Source: Candidatus Eiseniibacteriota bacterium (lineage in GTDB: Bacteria; ARS69). Taken from it: DNA of 56,855 nt. The DNA lies in assembly GCA_052390515.1 (NCBI GenBank), contig JBQTGV010000035.1, positions 1-56,855 on the forward strand. The letters run 5' to 3'. This document shows positions 20,008 through 30,300 of this stretch, one piece after another. The translations under genes were made by a program, and so were the position numbers. The stretch's first letter is position 1, and every line of letters begins with the position of its first letter. The notes under the pieces are model-generated. The model was not told the DNA's origin, made no database searches, and worked only from the letters and a program-made list of their open reading frames with translations.

Positions 20008-21324
20008 CTAGTACCGGTAGAACTCAGGCTTGAACGGACCGTGGACCGGCACGCCGAGGTACTCGGCCTGCGCCTGCGTCAGCTTGGTCAGCTTCACGCC
20101 GAGCTTGTCGAGATGCAGCCGGGCGACCTCCTCGTCGAGGTGCTTCGGCAGCATGTACACGCCGATCGGGTACTCGCGGTGCTTCCGCCACAGCTCCATC
20201 TGAGCGATCACCTGGTTCGTGAACGACGTCGACATCACGAACGACGGATGGCCGGTCCCGCAGCCGAGGTTGACCAGCCGCCCCTCGGCCAGCACCAGGA
20301 TGTGCCGCCCGTTGGACAGCTTCCAGCGGTCCACCTGCGGCTTGATCTCCGTCTTGGTGGCGCCGTTCGCCGGGTTCTTCAGCCAGGCGACCTGGATCTC
20401 CGAGTCGAAGTGCCCGATGTTGCAGACGATCGCGTCGTTCTTCATCTGCATCAGGTGCACGCCGGTGATGACGTCGCAGCAACCCGTGGCGCTGACGAAG
20501 ATGTCCCCGAGCGGCGCCGCGTCTTCCATGGTGACGACCTGGTACCCTTCCATGGCCGCCTGCAGCGCGATGATGGGATCGACCTCGGTGATCATCACGC
20601 GCGCGCCGAGGCTCCTCATGGCCTGCGCGCAGCCCTTGCCCACGTCGCCGTAGCCGGCGATCACCACGACCTTGCCGGCGACCATGATGTCGGTGGCGCG
20701 CTTGATGCCGTCCGCCAGGGACTCGCGGCAGCCGTAGAGGTTGTCGAACTTGGACTTGGTGACCGAGTCGTTCACGTTGATGGCCGGGCACTTGAGCTCG
20801 CCGCGCTCGTGCATCTGGTAGAGGCGGTGCACGCCGGTGGTCGTCTCCTCGGTGATGCCGCGGATGTGGGCGAAGTGCTCCGCGTACTTGTCGTGCACCA
20901 TGCGGGTGAGGTCCCCGCCGTCGTCCAGGATCATGTTGAGCGGCTCGCCGTCGGCGAACACGATGGTCTGTTCGATGCACCAGTCGTACTCGGCTTCCGT
21001 CTCACCCTTCCACGCGTAGACCGGCACGCCGGTCGCGGCGATGGCGGCCGCCGCATGATCCTGCGTGGAGAAGATGTTGCAGCTCGACCACTGCACCTCG
21101 GCTCCGAGCTCGCGGAGCGTCTCGATGAGCACGGCGGTCTGGATGGTCATGTGGAGGCAGCCGGCGATGCGCGCGCCCTGGAGCGGCTTCTCGGCGCTGT
21201 ACTTCCGGCGCAGCGCCATGAGCCCAGGCATCTCGTTCTCCGCGAGCTGGATCTCCTTGCGCCCCCACTCCGCGAGCGCCATGTCCTTGACCTTGTAGAG
21301 GGGCTTTTGCGTCGTCGTGCTCAC
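20008..21324 (-). CDS. ahcY: Adenosylhomocysteinase
   Basis: [60 protein letters not shown]. Confidence 0.98.
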   Translation of the reverse strand: MSTTTQKPLYKVKDMALAEWGRKEIQLAENEMPGLMALRRKYSAEKPLQGARIAGCLHMTIQTAVLIETLRELGAEVQWSSCNIFSTQDHAAAAIAATGVPVYAWKGETEAEYDWCIEQTIVFADGEPLNMILDDGGDLTRMVHDKYAEHFAHIRGITEETTTGVHRLYQMHERGELKCPAINVNDSVTKSKFDNLYGCRESLADGIKRATDIMVAGKVVVIAGYGDVGKGCAQAMRSLGARVMITEVDPIIALQAAMEGYQVVTMEDAAPLGDIFVSATGCCDVITGVHLMQMKNDAIVCNIGHFDSEIQVAWLKNPANGATKTEIKPQVDRWKLSNGRHILVLAEGRLVNLGCGTGHPSFVMSTSFTNQVIAQMELWRKHREYPIGVYMLPKHLDEEVARLHLDKLGVKLTKLTQAQAEYLGVPVHGPFKPEFYRY

Positions 21325-22289
21325 CCGTGCTTCCTCCTGTTACGGGAATGGGGATTTCGTACGTCGTTTCGTCGCGCTTCCATCAGGAACACTGTCGGCC
21401 GGCCGCCGTTCGCGCCGTGCTTCTCGGTGCGCACCGCGGAGAAGCCGGCCGCTTCGAGCCACCCACCGAGATCCGCGGGACGGAACCCCGGCCAGCGAGC
21501 GCCGAGACTCCTCCAGAACGCCTCGTCGGCGTGCTCGCCGAGCTCGGCGATGATCAGCCGGCCGTCGGGGGCGAGACCGCGGCGGATCTCGCGCAGGACC
21601 GCGGGCGGATCCGCTACGTGATGCAGCACGAGGTTCGCCACCATCGTGTCCGCCTCGCCGTCGGAGAGCGGCAGATGCTCGAGCGCTCCGAGGCGAAGGT
21701 CCGCGTTCTCGAGCCCGCCCTCGTCCGCTCTCCGCCGCGCCTCGTCCAGCATCTCGGGCGACGCGTCCACACCGATCACGCGCCGCGACGACTTCGCCAG
21801 GCGGGGCAGCAGGACGCCGGTCCCGGTGCCGAGGTCCACGACCGTACCCGGCGTTCCCGCCAGATGCACGAGGCGGTCGAGGTGGGCGGGCGGCCCCAGC
21901 ACCTCGTCGCGGACGCGGTCCCAGCGTCCCGCAGTCTTGCGGAAGAACTCCGAAGTGGTGCTCCGCCGGCGGGTGAGCACGCGCTCGACGGCCGCCGCGT
22001 CCGCACCGCCGCCGTTCCCCGCGGCGCTCCCGATCAGGGCCAGCAGCTCGGCGTCGAACCCGGAGGCCCCGTCTCCCGGCAACGAGCAGAAAGACCAGGT
22101 CCCGGCGCGCCGCACCGCCACGAGCCCGGCGTCGGCCAGGACGCGCAGGTGCTTGGACACGGTCGACTGCCCGATCCCCAGGATCTCGGTCAGCTCGGCC
22201 ACGCTGAACGTCCCCCGGGAGAGGACCGCGAGGATCCGGAGGCGGCTCGCGTCGGCCACGGCCTTCAGGGGACGGAGGACTGCGTCCAT
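21321..22289 (-). CDS. sahR: ArsR-family HTH plus SAM-binding methyltransferase domain regulator (SahR-like)
   Basis: '[13 protein letters not shown]...[11 protein letters not shown]' plus 'DLGTGTG...LVLHH'; overlaps the ahcY start. Confidence 0.82.
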   Translation of the reverse strand: MDAVLRPLKAVADASRLRILAVLSRGTFSVAELTEILGIGQSTVSKHLRVLADAGLVAVRRAGTWSFCSLPGDGASGFDAELLALIGSAAGNGGGADAAAVERVLTRRRSTTSEFFRKTAGRWDRVRDEVLGPPAHLDRLVHLAGTPGTVVDLGTGTGVLLPRLAKSSRRVIGVDASPEMLDEARRRADEGGLENADLRLGALEHLPLSDGEADTMVANLVLHHVADPPAVLREIRRGLAPDGRLIIAELGEHADEAFWRSLGARWPGFRPADLGGWLEAAGFSAVRTEKHGANGGRPTVFLMEARRNDVRNPHSRNRRKHG

Positions 22290-22304
22290 GGTGACTCCGA
22301 AGGA

Positions 22305-22324
22305 ATATCGCCAAATGGCGATAT
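22305..22324. promoter_or_regulatory. 20-bp palindromic operator (SahR-type)
   Basis: ATATCGCCA-AA-TGGCGATAT, perfect 9-bp arms, between the -10 and the start codon. Confidence 0.85.
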
Positions 22325-22327
22325 AGG

Positions 22328-22357
22328 AATCTAAGGTCGCGGAGCGGTCGCTGTCAA
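22328..22357 (-). promoter_or_regulatory. sigma70 promoter of sahR-ahcY
   Basis: TTGACA-N18-TAGATT. Confidence 0.7.
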
Positions 22358-22410
22358 TACCCGATCATCCCGCGGCTGCCAACCGCCCGCCCATCTGCTA
22401 TGGAGGAAGC

Positions 22411-24282
22411 GTGGGATCCCGGACCTTCCTTGCGGCGCTGGGCACGATCCTCGGTCTGCAGACGCTCCGGGCCTTCTTCCCCCTGCTCGTCTACGTCTTG
22501 AAGGACCGCCAGGGGCTGTCGTCGCCGGCTCTCGGTGGGGTGGCCTTCGGGATATTCGCCCTGGCCTTCTTCCTGCCCGCCGCGGCGGCGCGGCTCGGCT
22601 CCGGCGCCTTGCCGAGGCTGGCGCTGGCGCTCGCGGTCATTCGCGCCGCGCTCCAGACATGGGAAGGCGACCCTGCGTTCTCTCTCGCGCTGGCGGCGCT
22701 CGGGACGGTCGCGTTCCTGGGGTTCTTGGGCGCGCTCTCACGGGGTGACGCCGGGGCGAATCCGCGGGTCACGGGGTTCCTGACCGGACTCCTGGCCGAC
22801 GCCGCCCTGCACGCGTTGTTCGGGACGCGGGATCTTCATTGGGGCGGCCCTTGGGCGAATCCCGCCGCCGGCCTTCTCGTCGGACTGACCCTGGCGACCG
22901 CGTGGGCGCTCCGCAACTCCGAGCCCGTCCCGGACGGGAACCGCAACCCGCCGCCGGTGTCGCTCGCGGCGTGGGGTCCCTTCCTCTGCCTGCACCTCGA
23001 GCTGCTCGGCAACGTCGCGCGGTTGTCCGCGCGCCTGGACCGCCCGAGCGGGGAGTCCGGGGCGTTGCTCTGCGCCGGGCTGGCCGCGGCGCTCCTGGTC
23101 GGGCGAAACGTCCCGCGGGGGTTCGGGGCCGGCGCCGTGCTCGTCGCCATGATCGCTCTGGCGTGCGGAGTTCTCGCCGCCGACGCCACCGGAGCGGCGG
23201 CCGTGGCGACGCTCCTGCTGACGCAGGTCGGAGCGGCAGCCCTGCTCGCGCGCGCCCTGGCCGCGGTGGACCAGGACGAGCGCCCCGTCGGCCGGAGCGC
23301 CTCGGCGTTCGGATTCGGGTTCCTGCTCTTCCTCGCGTTCCTCTTCGCCCACTACGCGGGATACGACCTCGGGCTGCCGCTCTCCCGCATCCAGATCTTC
23401 TTCGCTGCCGGTGCGGCGCTGGCGCTCGTCTCGTCCGGGGCGCGGAACCCGCAGGCGCTGGGGCGGCCGCCCGGGACCGGCGCGCTGCTCATGATCGCGA
23501 TTCCGCTCGTGTGCCTGCCGCTCGCCCGGCCCCGCCTCTTCCCGACGGCGGCCCCCGGCGAGGACCCGAGCGCGGATCGCCTGCGCGCGGTCTCGTTCAA
23601 CCTCCACGCGGGATTCGACGAGCGGGGCGGCTGGTCCTTCGACCGGGAGATGGACGCGCTGGTAGGTGCGAATCCCGACGTCGTCGCACTGCAGGAGGTC
23701 AGCCGGGGGTGGGTGATCAACGGATGTGCGGACCTGTTCGAGCTGGCCCGGGAGAGGCTCGGGATGCCCGGCGTCGCGGCACCGTCGGTTCGTTCCGACT
23801 GGGGGAACGCCATCTTCGTGCGCCATGAGGCCGCCACTTTCGAGAACCTCGCGCTGCCACCGCCCGGCCTGCCGATCCCGCGCGCCGTCGGAGTGGCCAC
23901 CGTTCCCCTGGGCGGGGAGCACACGCTCCGAGTGCTCGCCACACACTTCCATCACCCGGACGCGGACGACTCGGTCCGGGTACAGCAGGCCGGGTTCGTG
24001 GCCGGCCTCTCCGATCCACGGCACGTGGACGCGGCGCTGCTGCTCGGCGACTTCAATGCGCTGCCCGACTCGGAGTGCCTGGAGGTGCTGCGCGTGGGCG
24101 GCTGGCGGGACGTGGGCCGATCCGAGGGCGATGCTGCCGGCGCCACGTTCCCCTCGGCGGCTCCGGAGCGGCGCATCGACACGATCCTCTACCGCGGATC
24201 GCTGCGGCTGGAGGGCACCGACGTGGCGCCGCCCTGGGGCTCCGACCACCGGGCGGTGATCGCGGATTTCGCGTTCCGCTGA
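22411..24282 (+). CDS. Polytopic membrane protein with C-terminal endonuclease/exonuclease/phosphatase domain (Cwh43-like architecture)
   Basis: Many hydrophobic helices, then 'VSFNLHAGFD', 'DVVALQEV', 'LLGDFNA', 'RIDTI', 'SDHRAV'. Confidence 0.85.
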   Translation: MGSRTFLAALGTILGLQTLRAFFPLLVYVLKDRQGLSSPALGGVAFGIFALAFFLPAAAARLGSGALPRLALALAVIRAALQTWEGDPAFSLALAALGTVAFLGFLGALSRGDAGANPRVTGFLTGLLADAALHALFGTRDLHWGGPWANPAAGLLVGLTLATAWALRNSEPVPDGNRNPPPVSLAAWGPFLCLHLELLGNVARLSARLDRPSGESGALLCAGLAAALLVGRNVPRGFGAGAVLVAMIALACGVLAADATGAAAVATLLLTQVGAAALLARALAAVDQDERPVGRSASAFGFGFLLFLAFLFAHYAGYDLGLPLSRIQIFFAAGAALALVSSGARNPQALGRPPGTGALLMIAIPLVCLPLARPRLFPTAAPGEDPSADRLRAVSFNLHAGFDERGGWSFDREMDALVGANPDVVALQEVSRGWVINGCADLFELARERLGMPGVAAPSVRSDWGNAIFVRHEAATFENLALPPPGLPIPRAVGVATVPLGGEHTLRVLATHFHHPDADDSVRVQQAGFVAGLSDPRHVDAALLLGDFNALPDSECLEVLRVGGWRDVGRSEGDAAGATFPSAAPERRIDTILYRGSLRLEGTDVAPPWGSDHRAVIADFAFR

Positions 24283-24357
24283 CCGGGTCACGACGGCCGC
24301 AGCGGAGTAGCTTGAGGGGTGCAGCCGGGGCCCACCCCCGGCGACGAGGAGGCCGCC

Positions 24358-24855
24358 ATGACCGCCGAGGTCCGCGCTCCGGCAAATCGCACCGCGAAGG
24401 ACGTGATGACGCGCGGCGTGCTGTCCGTGCAGCCCGACTGGCCCGTCGAGCAGCTCAACGAGTTCCTCGTCCGCCACCGGATCCACGGCGCGCCGGTCGT
24501 CTCGGCCGCCGGCGAGCTGCTCGGCGTCGTCTCCCTCACCGACATCGCGCGCGCGGCGACGCTCACCGAGTGCGACCTCTCCGCCCGCGACCGGCACGAC
24601 TACTACTCGCGCCTGTTCGAGGAGCCCTGGCAGGCCGGCGATCCGCCCGGCGCGCGGAGCGAGGCGCACGCCGAGCTGCTCGTGCACGAGATCATGACGC
24701 CGGTGGCCATCGTGATCGACGAGAACGCCGACATCCGGGAGATCGCCCGCCGGATGCTGGGCGACCGCGTGCACCGGCTCTTCGTCACGCGCGAGGGTCG
24801 CGTCGTCGGCGTCGTCACCGCGCACGACCTGCTGCAGGTGATCCGGGATCTCTAG
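24358..24855 (+). CDS. CBS domain pair protein
   Basis: 'TAKDVMTR...IHGAPVV...GVVSLTDI' and 'VHEIMT...VHRLFV...GVVTAHDLL'; SD GAGGAGG. Confidence 0.9.
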   Translation: MTAEVRAPANRTAKDVMTRGVLSVQPDWPVEQLNEFLVRHRIHGAPVVSAAGELLGVVSLTDIARAATLTECDLSARDRHDYYSRLFEEPWQAGDPPGARSEAHAELLVHEIMTPVAIVIDENADIREIARRMLGDRVHRLFVTREGRVVGVVTAHDLLQVIRDL

Positions 24856-24861
24856 TTCGGT

Positions 24862-25401
24862 CTACCGGACGACGATGACCTTCCGGCTCGTTGAGGAGCC
24901 GTCCCTGGGCCGCACGAAGTAGACCCCCGACGGTACGAGCTGGCCGCTGCCGTGGCGCTCGTCCCACTCCGGGTCCCAGCGGTCCGAGGGGGTCGCCCAC
25001 GCTGCCCACGTGGCCACGCGACGGCCGGCCACGTCGTAGACGTCCACCGTCGTGCGCTGCGCGCCGCCGGCGCCTACCGATGCGGACACCCGCCCGGATG
25101 ACGATTCGGCCCCCGGATGTGGAATCCGCCGAACGGTCCCGCCCGCCACGAAGGACTCGAGCACATCCCAGTTCGGGCTGAGGGCTTCGCCAACCGTCAC
25201 GCGGACGCCGTACCAGTCTTCGGTCCCGGCCGGTGCGTCGGCCGCTCCCTCACGCTCTGCCGGGGCGGCCGAGACCGCCAGCGTTCCCCTCACCCGGAGT
25301 TCCACGCGGCCAGAACCCGTGCCGACCTCTCTCGAGACGTCACCTCCCGCGACAATCGTCACCAGCGCGACCAACAAGAGGGCGATGCTTGTTCGGAGCA
25401 T
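24862..25401 (-). CDS. Small secreted protein with FlgD-Ig/T9SS-like C-terminal domain
   Basis: Signal peptide MLRTSIALLL; 'VDVYDVAGRRV...WD...VPSGVYFVR...RKVIVVR'. Confidence 0.7.
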   Translation of the reverse strand: MLRTSIALLLVALVTIVAGGDVSREVGTGSGRVELRVRGTLAVSAAPAEREGAADAPAGTEDWYGVRVTVGEALSPNWDVLESFVAGGTVRRIPHPGAESSSGRVSASVGAGGAQRTTVDVYDVAGRRVATWAAWATPSDRWDPEWDERHGSGQLVPSGVYFVRPRDGSSTSRKVIVVR

Positions 25402-25438
25402 GGCGTCTCCCGAGTCGAGGGGATGTGCGCGGGAGCGC

Positions 25439-26029
25439 TCAGCGCGTCCGCCTCGTCGTCCCCTGAGCGTTCGGTCCATGGCCCACCTGACGATACGAGA
25501 TCCGCAGCGTGCCGCCCGTCACGTCCAGCCCGGCGGCGCGGTCCAGGGCCATCCCCTCCCCGGCAAACGACGGAACGCTGAGCAGGAAACCGTCGGCGAA
25601 GACTCCGTCCTCCAGGACGTCCTTCATCATGCCGGTGACGTCGATGGTCGCAGTCCCGGGTGTACTGAAGTCGACCGCCGCGCGGCTCCCGAGGTTCTCC
25701 TCGACGTCCCCGCCCGCCGCGCTCCATCCGGTGCTCCAGTCAGCGCCGCTCGTGGTCCACGTCGTGGTCACCGGGTAGACGATCAGCTCCTGCGTCTTGG
25801 CCGAGGCCACCGCGGAGTACGGGAACTCCAGGACGGCGCGAGAGAGGACGGCGTTCGTCGGCAGCGACAGCGTCTCGTGCCGGAACAGGGCGCGGGCCTC
25901 TCCCTTGCCGTTGTCGATCATGGTGTAGTCGATGAGCCCCACCTTCACCTCGCCGCCGACCGCGATGGACTGTATGCCGACACACGCGACTACGGTGAGC
26001 AGCGGAAGCCTGCCATGCTTGCGTCTCAT
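25439..26029 (-). CDS. Secreted DNRLRE-like domain protein
   Basis: Signal peptide; 'RALFRH..LSLPTNAVLSRAVL...YPVTTTW...WSAAGGD...IDVT'; ATGA-coupled to the upstream gene. Confidence 0.6.
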   Translation of the reverse strand: MRRKHGRLPLLTVVACVGIQSIAVGGEVKVGLIDYTMIDNGKGEARALFRHETLSLPTNAVLSRAVLEFPYSAVASAKTQELIVYPVTTTWTTSGADWSTGWSAAGGDVEENLGSRAAVDFSTPGTATIDVTGMMKDVLEDGVFADGFLLSVPSFAGEGMALDRAAGLDVTGGTLRISYRQVGHGPNAQGTTRRTR

Positions 26030-27378
26030 CGGTAACCCTCCTTGATGGCTCCCCAGGACAACGGCCTGAGCGAGACGGGTCCGCAGCCCTCGCCGAACGC
26101 GCCGATCTGGCCGCAGCCGAGCGAGTGCGCGGGGAGGCACGGCGAGTCTCTGGACACCGTCAGATTATCGTTGTCCGGATCGCAGTAGAGCGGATCGATA
26201 ACGCGATCTGAACTCGAGAGCGAGAAGCCCGTGACGTCTCCTGATGCGTTGTCCCAGAAGACGTTGCAAGTGGACACGACCGCCCCCCCGAACGCTTCCA
26301 CGACCGGGGATCCAAGAGATTCCGTGAACACGTTGTTCCGGAGCGTCGTAGTCAGGAGAGTGGCAATGGCCATCGCCGCTCCCGCCGATCCATCGCTATC
26401 GCTCACACTGCACTGATGGAACGTGTTCCTCTCGACGAGACTGAGACCGTCGAGCAGCAGAACTGCACCCCCGACTGAGCCAGAGGGTCCATTCCCTTGA
26501 CACCGGACGAATGTGTTGTCAGTGACCGTCACAGTCGTGAAATGGTCTGGATTCAGCGCAATCGCACCGCCGCCGAACATCGACTGGCTATCCTCGAACC
26601 GGCACCCGTCGATCGTCACGGAGGAGTAGCCACTTCCAACCACCTGGATGCTTCCTGCGCTGTTCGTCGAGGTATTCCCCTTAAACGTGCAGTCTTGAAT
26701 CGCAACCGTGTACACTGGGGTGCTCGACTGTGTGGAAACGAAGAAAGGACCCTCACACCCTTGCACGATCCCGCCGATCACCGTGACGCTCGAGTTCGTG
26801 GACGCGATCGCACCGCCTCCAACGGCGTCGCAGTCATAGAACTCGCAGTTCAGAACGGTGATGGTGCACCTATATGGAGACAAGGCAGCGTCTGTCCCCT
26901 GGAAGACGCAGCTCTTGACCGTCATCTGCTGACACGTGCTGAGATCCATCCCCCTTCCCTGGGCGGTGGCGGGCGGCGTCCCCGTCAACGTGAACCCGTC
27001 CACCGTCACGGGTTGCGTGAGCTGCGCTCCCACGACCACGATGCCAGCGCCCACGATGACGTCCTGACTTAGGTCCAGGATCGTCACTCGCGGGCCCGCT
27101 TCGCTCACCAGCGCCACACCGTCGACCAGGAAGGCAAGTGAAGTGATCTCGAAGGGTGGCGTCCCGCGCGTCTCAGCCACGGTGTAGGTGCCCGGCGCCA
27201 CCAGGACCGTGTCACCCGCTGACGACGCATCCAGCGCCGCATTGATCGTCGGGTACAGCGCCGGTACCTGGCGTACGATGGCCGCCGCGATCGTCGGGAC
27301 ACAGATCCCAAGCCCGGCGAGCAGGCTGGCCACCGTATGACAGCAGTGGAACCACTTTCCCTGCTCTCGCGTCCTCAT
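26026..27378 (-). CDS. Secreted right-handed beta-helix protein with C-terminal PVSL..SWGAIKEGY tail
   Basis: 'VPALYPTINAALDASSAGDTVLVAPGTY', repeated GGAI/C.F..N turns, 'DPLYCD...SPC...IGAFGEGC'. Confidence 0.8.
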   Translation of the reverse strand: MRTREQGKWFHCCHTVASLLAGLGICVPTIAAAIVRQVPALYPTINAALDASSAGDTVLVAPGTYTVAETRGTPPFEITSLAFLVDGVALVSEAGPRVTILDLSQDVIVGAGIVVVGAQLTQPVTVDGFTLTGTPPATAQGRGMDLSTCQQMTVKSCVFQGTDAALSPYRCTITVLNCEFYDCDAVGGGAIASTNSSVTVIGGIVQGCEGPFFVSTQSSTPVYTVAIQDCTFKGNTSTNSAGSIQVVGSGYSSVTIDGCRFEDSQSMFGGGAIALNPDHFTTVTVTDNTFVRCQGNGPSGSVGGAVLLLDGLSLVERNTFHQCSVSDSDGSAGAAMAIATLLTTTLRNNVFTESLGSPVVEAFGGAVVSTCNVFWDNASGDVTGFSLSSSDRVIDPLYCDPDNDNLTVSRDSPCLPAHSLGCGQIGAFGEGCGPVSLRPLSWGAIKEGYR

Positions 27379-30300
27379 CGCGCCAACCTCACGAGCTTCG
27401 TGACTCGAGTGATGTTACCCGCGCGCAGTCGAACGAAGTACGCTCCCGAGCCTACGGACAGCCCAGAGCCGTTCCGCCCGTTCCAGGGGAGGACGTACAC
27501 GCCACCCGTCATGTACTCATCGGCGAGCTGCGCCACACGCTGCCCGAGAATGTTGAACACTTCCAGTGTGACGTGAGCGCCCGGGGACTCCACTCCGAAG
27601 CGCAGCTCGACGCGATCCAGGAACGGCGTCGGAGCCCCCGGGAAGAGCTCCGTCCGCGCTGCCTCACTACTCAGCCGAGTCGCGTCGGCGCCGTCGCCCG
27701 CCGCGGCGTCGGGCGGCGCCGACTGCCTTCCAGACACACTTCCTCCACCGCACGCCCCATTGGTAGTAAGCGGGGGATCCACAGCGACTCCGCCCGGAGC
27801 CGTGGTGCTCATCCGCGCAGTGATGGCCGGCACGTTGGTCACGATAGTCGACACCAGCCCGGACTTCTCGGCCCACGTGTTGTTGATCGCCGCCAGGTCC
27901 ATCGCGTTTACGGCATCGAGTTCCTCCACGAACTTCGAGTCGTCCAGCGGCACGACCGCCACTTCCAGGAAGTTGTCGCGCTTGAGGGTGATCGCGGCAA
28001 CACCACCCCCCGCGCTCTGCCCGTTGTGCTCGACATGGATGATGGGGTGCGGATCGGTCCATGTCGTTGCATTGAACCGGTTCTCAATCAGGTCCACGAC
28101 GCTTCCCGGTGTAGTTCCGTTGCTGCGGAACCAGACCGCCTGACGACAGGAGTCGACGGCGTTGCACTCGAATCGTATACCGGCAGACTGGTCCGCGGAG
28201 AACGCAGGTCCGCTCAACAGCTTGAAGTCGTTTCCAGCAACGAGAACCTGCCGGCTTCCTGGCCGGCAGGAGTTGAGGAACGTGAAGCCAGCGCGCTCGA
28301 TTGGGCTCGCTTCCCCCAGACCGCGCACCACGTTGTTCTCGATGTACAGCGTCTCGGTCCCATCGGGTGGCAGGAACGTGCACCAGTTCAGGTTGTCCCG
28401 TATGACGACTGCGGCGCCGTCCCGTGGCGTGCCATCCACCGTCAGCGTGTCTCGTTGAATACGGCCCGCCACGCACTTCTCGATGAACACCCCGTCATCG
28501 CCAAGGAGGGGATTCAGGAACGTCGCCATGGGACGGTCGATCGTGCAGTCCACGACAGTAGCCCCAGTCCCGTAGCCCTCGAGCATCCATACGCCGATGT
28601 CGGCCCAGGCCGTGATCCGCGAGTTCTTGAGCGTCGGTCCGTTGGGGTAGTAGAAGAAGATGGAGTTGGCCGCGTCGCTGATCCTCGCCCAGTCGATCAC
28701 GCTGGCACCGCTGGACCAGTCCATGTACACGCCGCCCCAGTCGTTTCCACTCTTCGTCCTCGTCTCCGAGTAGATGCGGACTCGGTTGCCGGACGTGCCG
28801 CTCGTGTTGAGCGTGCCCTGAACGATGAGATCGACTTTGCCGGGGTCGCCAATGGCAACACCGCCCACGTTGTACTCCGACAAAGACAGGTTCGCCGCGA
28901 CGACGTACGTGGCAGCGTTCAGCGACCACGTCTTCTCGAACGGCACCACGACGTCCGTGCTGTCGAGGTAAATGTGAATCGGGTTTGCCGGATTCGCACC
29001 GAGACTCAGGAAGTTCACGTCTTTGATCTGCGGCGCTGCCAGGCGCTCGAGGGATATGGCCTTGTCGGCACCCTCCATCTCCAGGTTCTCGAGGGAACTC
29101 GTCGCCACGGGCACCTGCTTGAAGAAGAAGCCGTACCCGGCGCCGACGGTCGTGTAGTCCTCGACGTGTCGGATGCCGTACCACAGCGAGTTCACGGGGT
29201 CCCCGGGAGCATGGTTCGAAGTGATCGCTCCACGCGCCCCCGCCGGATCCCCGGCGTCGAGCGTCCCCTTGACGATGAGTTCGCAGTCCGTCGACGTGCC
29301 CAGGTTGGCGGCGTCGCTGTCCTTCGTGAATCCGAGCCGCCAGCCTCCGGGAAGCACCAGTGTTTCACCCACCCCAATCTCGAGGTCGCGGTCGAGACAG
29401 ACGTCGCTCTGATTGCTCTGGAATGCCACCTTGCCCGAGAACTGGTTGAAGTAGGTCGAGGTGGGATTGTTCGCCAGACTGCTCGCCGCAGCGCCTTCTA
29501 GCGACAGTGCCCCACCCGCGTTGCGGATAGTCCCGCCGCTGGACAACGTCAGCACCTTGCTGAGGTTCGTTGTCCGCACCCCGTACCAGACGCCGCGCGG
29601 GTCTGTCGGGTCATCCGACCGCAGTACGCCGTCCAGATCCAGGTTGCCTCCGGCGATGTTCAGCTCACCACGGTTGGGATCCTTACCTCCATTGGTCGCA
29701 CCTGTCACGTCACGCATGGCGGTGAAGCCCACCACCTGCCCGGCGGGAATGGTCAGAGTACTGCCCGGGCCCACCGTGTAGTCACGATCCGTGGTGAGAT
29801 TGCACACGTTGTTCGAAAGCGTGACACCGGTCAGGCTCGCCAACGGAAAGCCGCTGGCCTCGTGGGCAATGGCGCCACGCGCGTGCGAGATCGTGCCACC
29901 CGTCGAAGTGAACATGGTGATGCTTGGCAGACGTACGCCGTACCAGTCTCCCGGGGAGGCCGTCCCGTTCGCCGATCGAAGGATGCTGCCCGACTCGAGG
30001 TGCAGGGTGCCGCCGGGCCGAATGACTACCTCTATACGGGAGGGGTCGATTCCGTCGAGGTCGGCTGCATCAAGGTTCGCCATGAACCCGACCGACGTGT
30101 TTGCCGGAACAACTCGATTCGTCGTCACCTCGACATCGCGATCGAACGTCACGTCGACGACGTTGTGCTGGAAAGTGATCCCTGGGATCCCGGCCTGTCC
30201 GCCGAGGTCGGGGAACACGGACTGGGAGAAGTTCAGGGCTCCGGATGCGTAGCGGAAGATGGTCCCGGTAACCGTGACAGCCCCTGCCGGTCCGACCTTG

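Noticed and set aside
21325-22330. SAH/SAM riboswitch upstream of ahcY
   Set aside because: ahcY overlaps the sahR-like gene and that gene's leader is very short; the operator explains the regulation.
25401-25480. Frameshift splitting the DNRLRE-like and FlgD-tail ORFs
   Set aside because: The downstream ORF has its own SD-like GGGAG and signal peptide, so separate genes are more likely.
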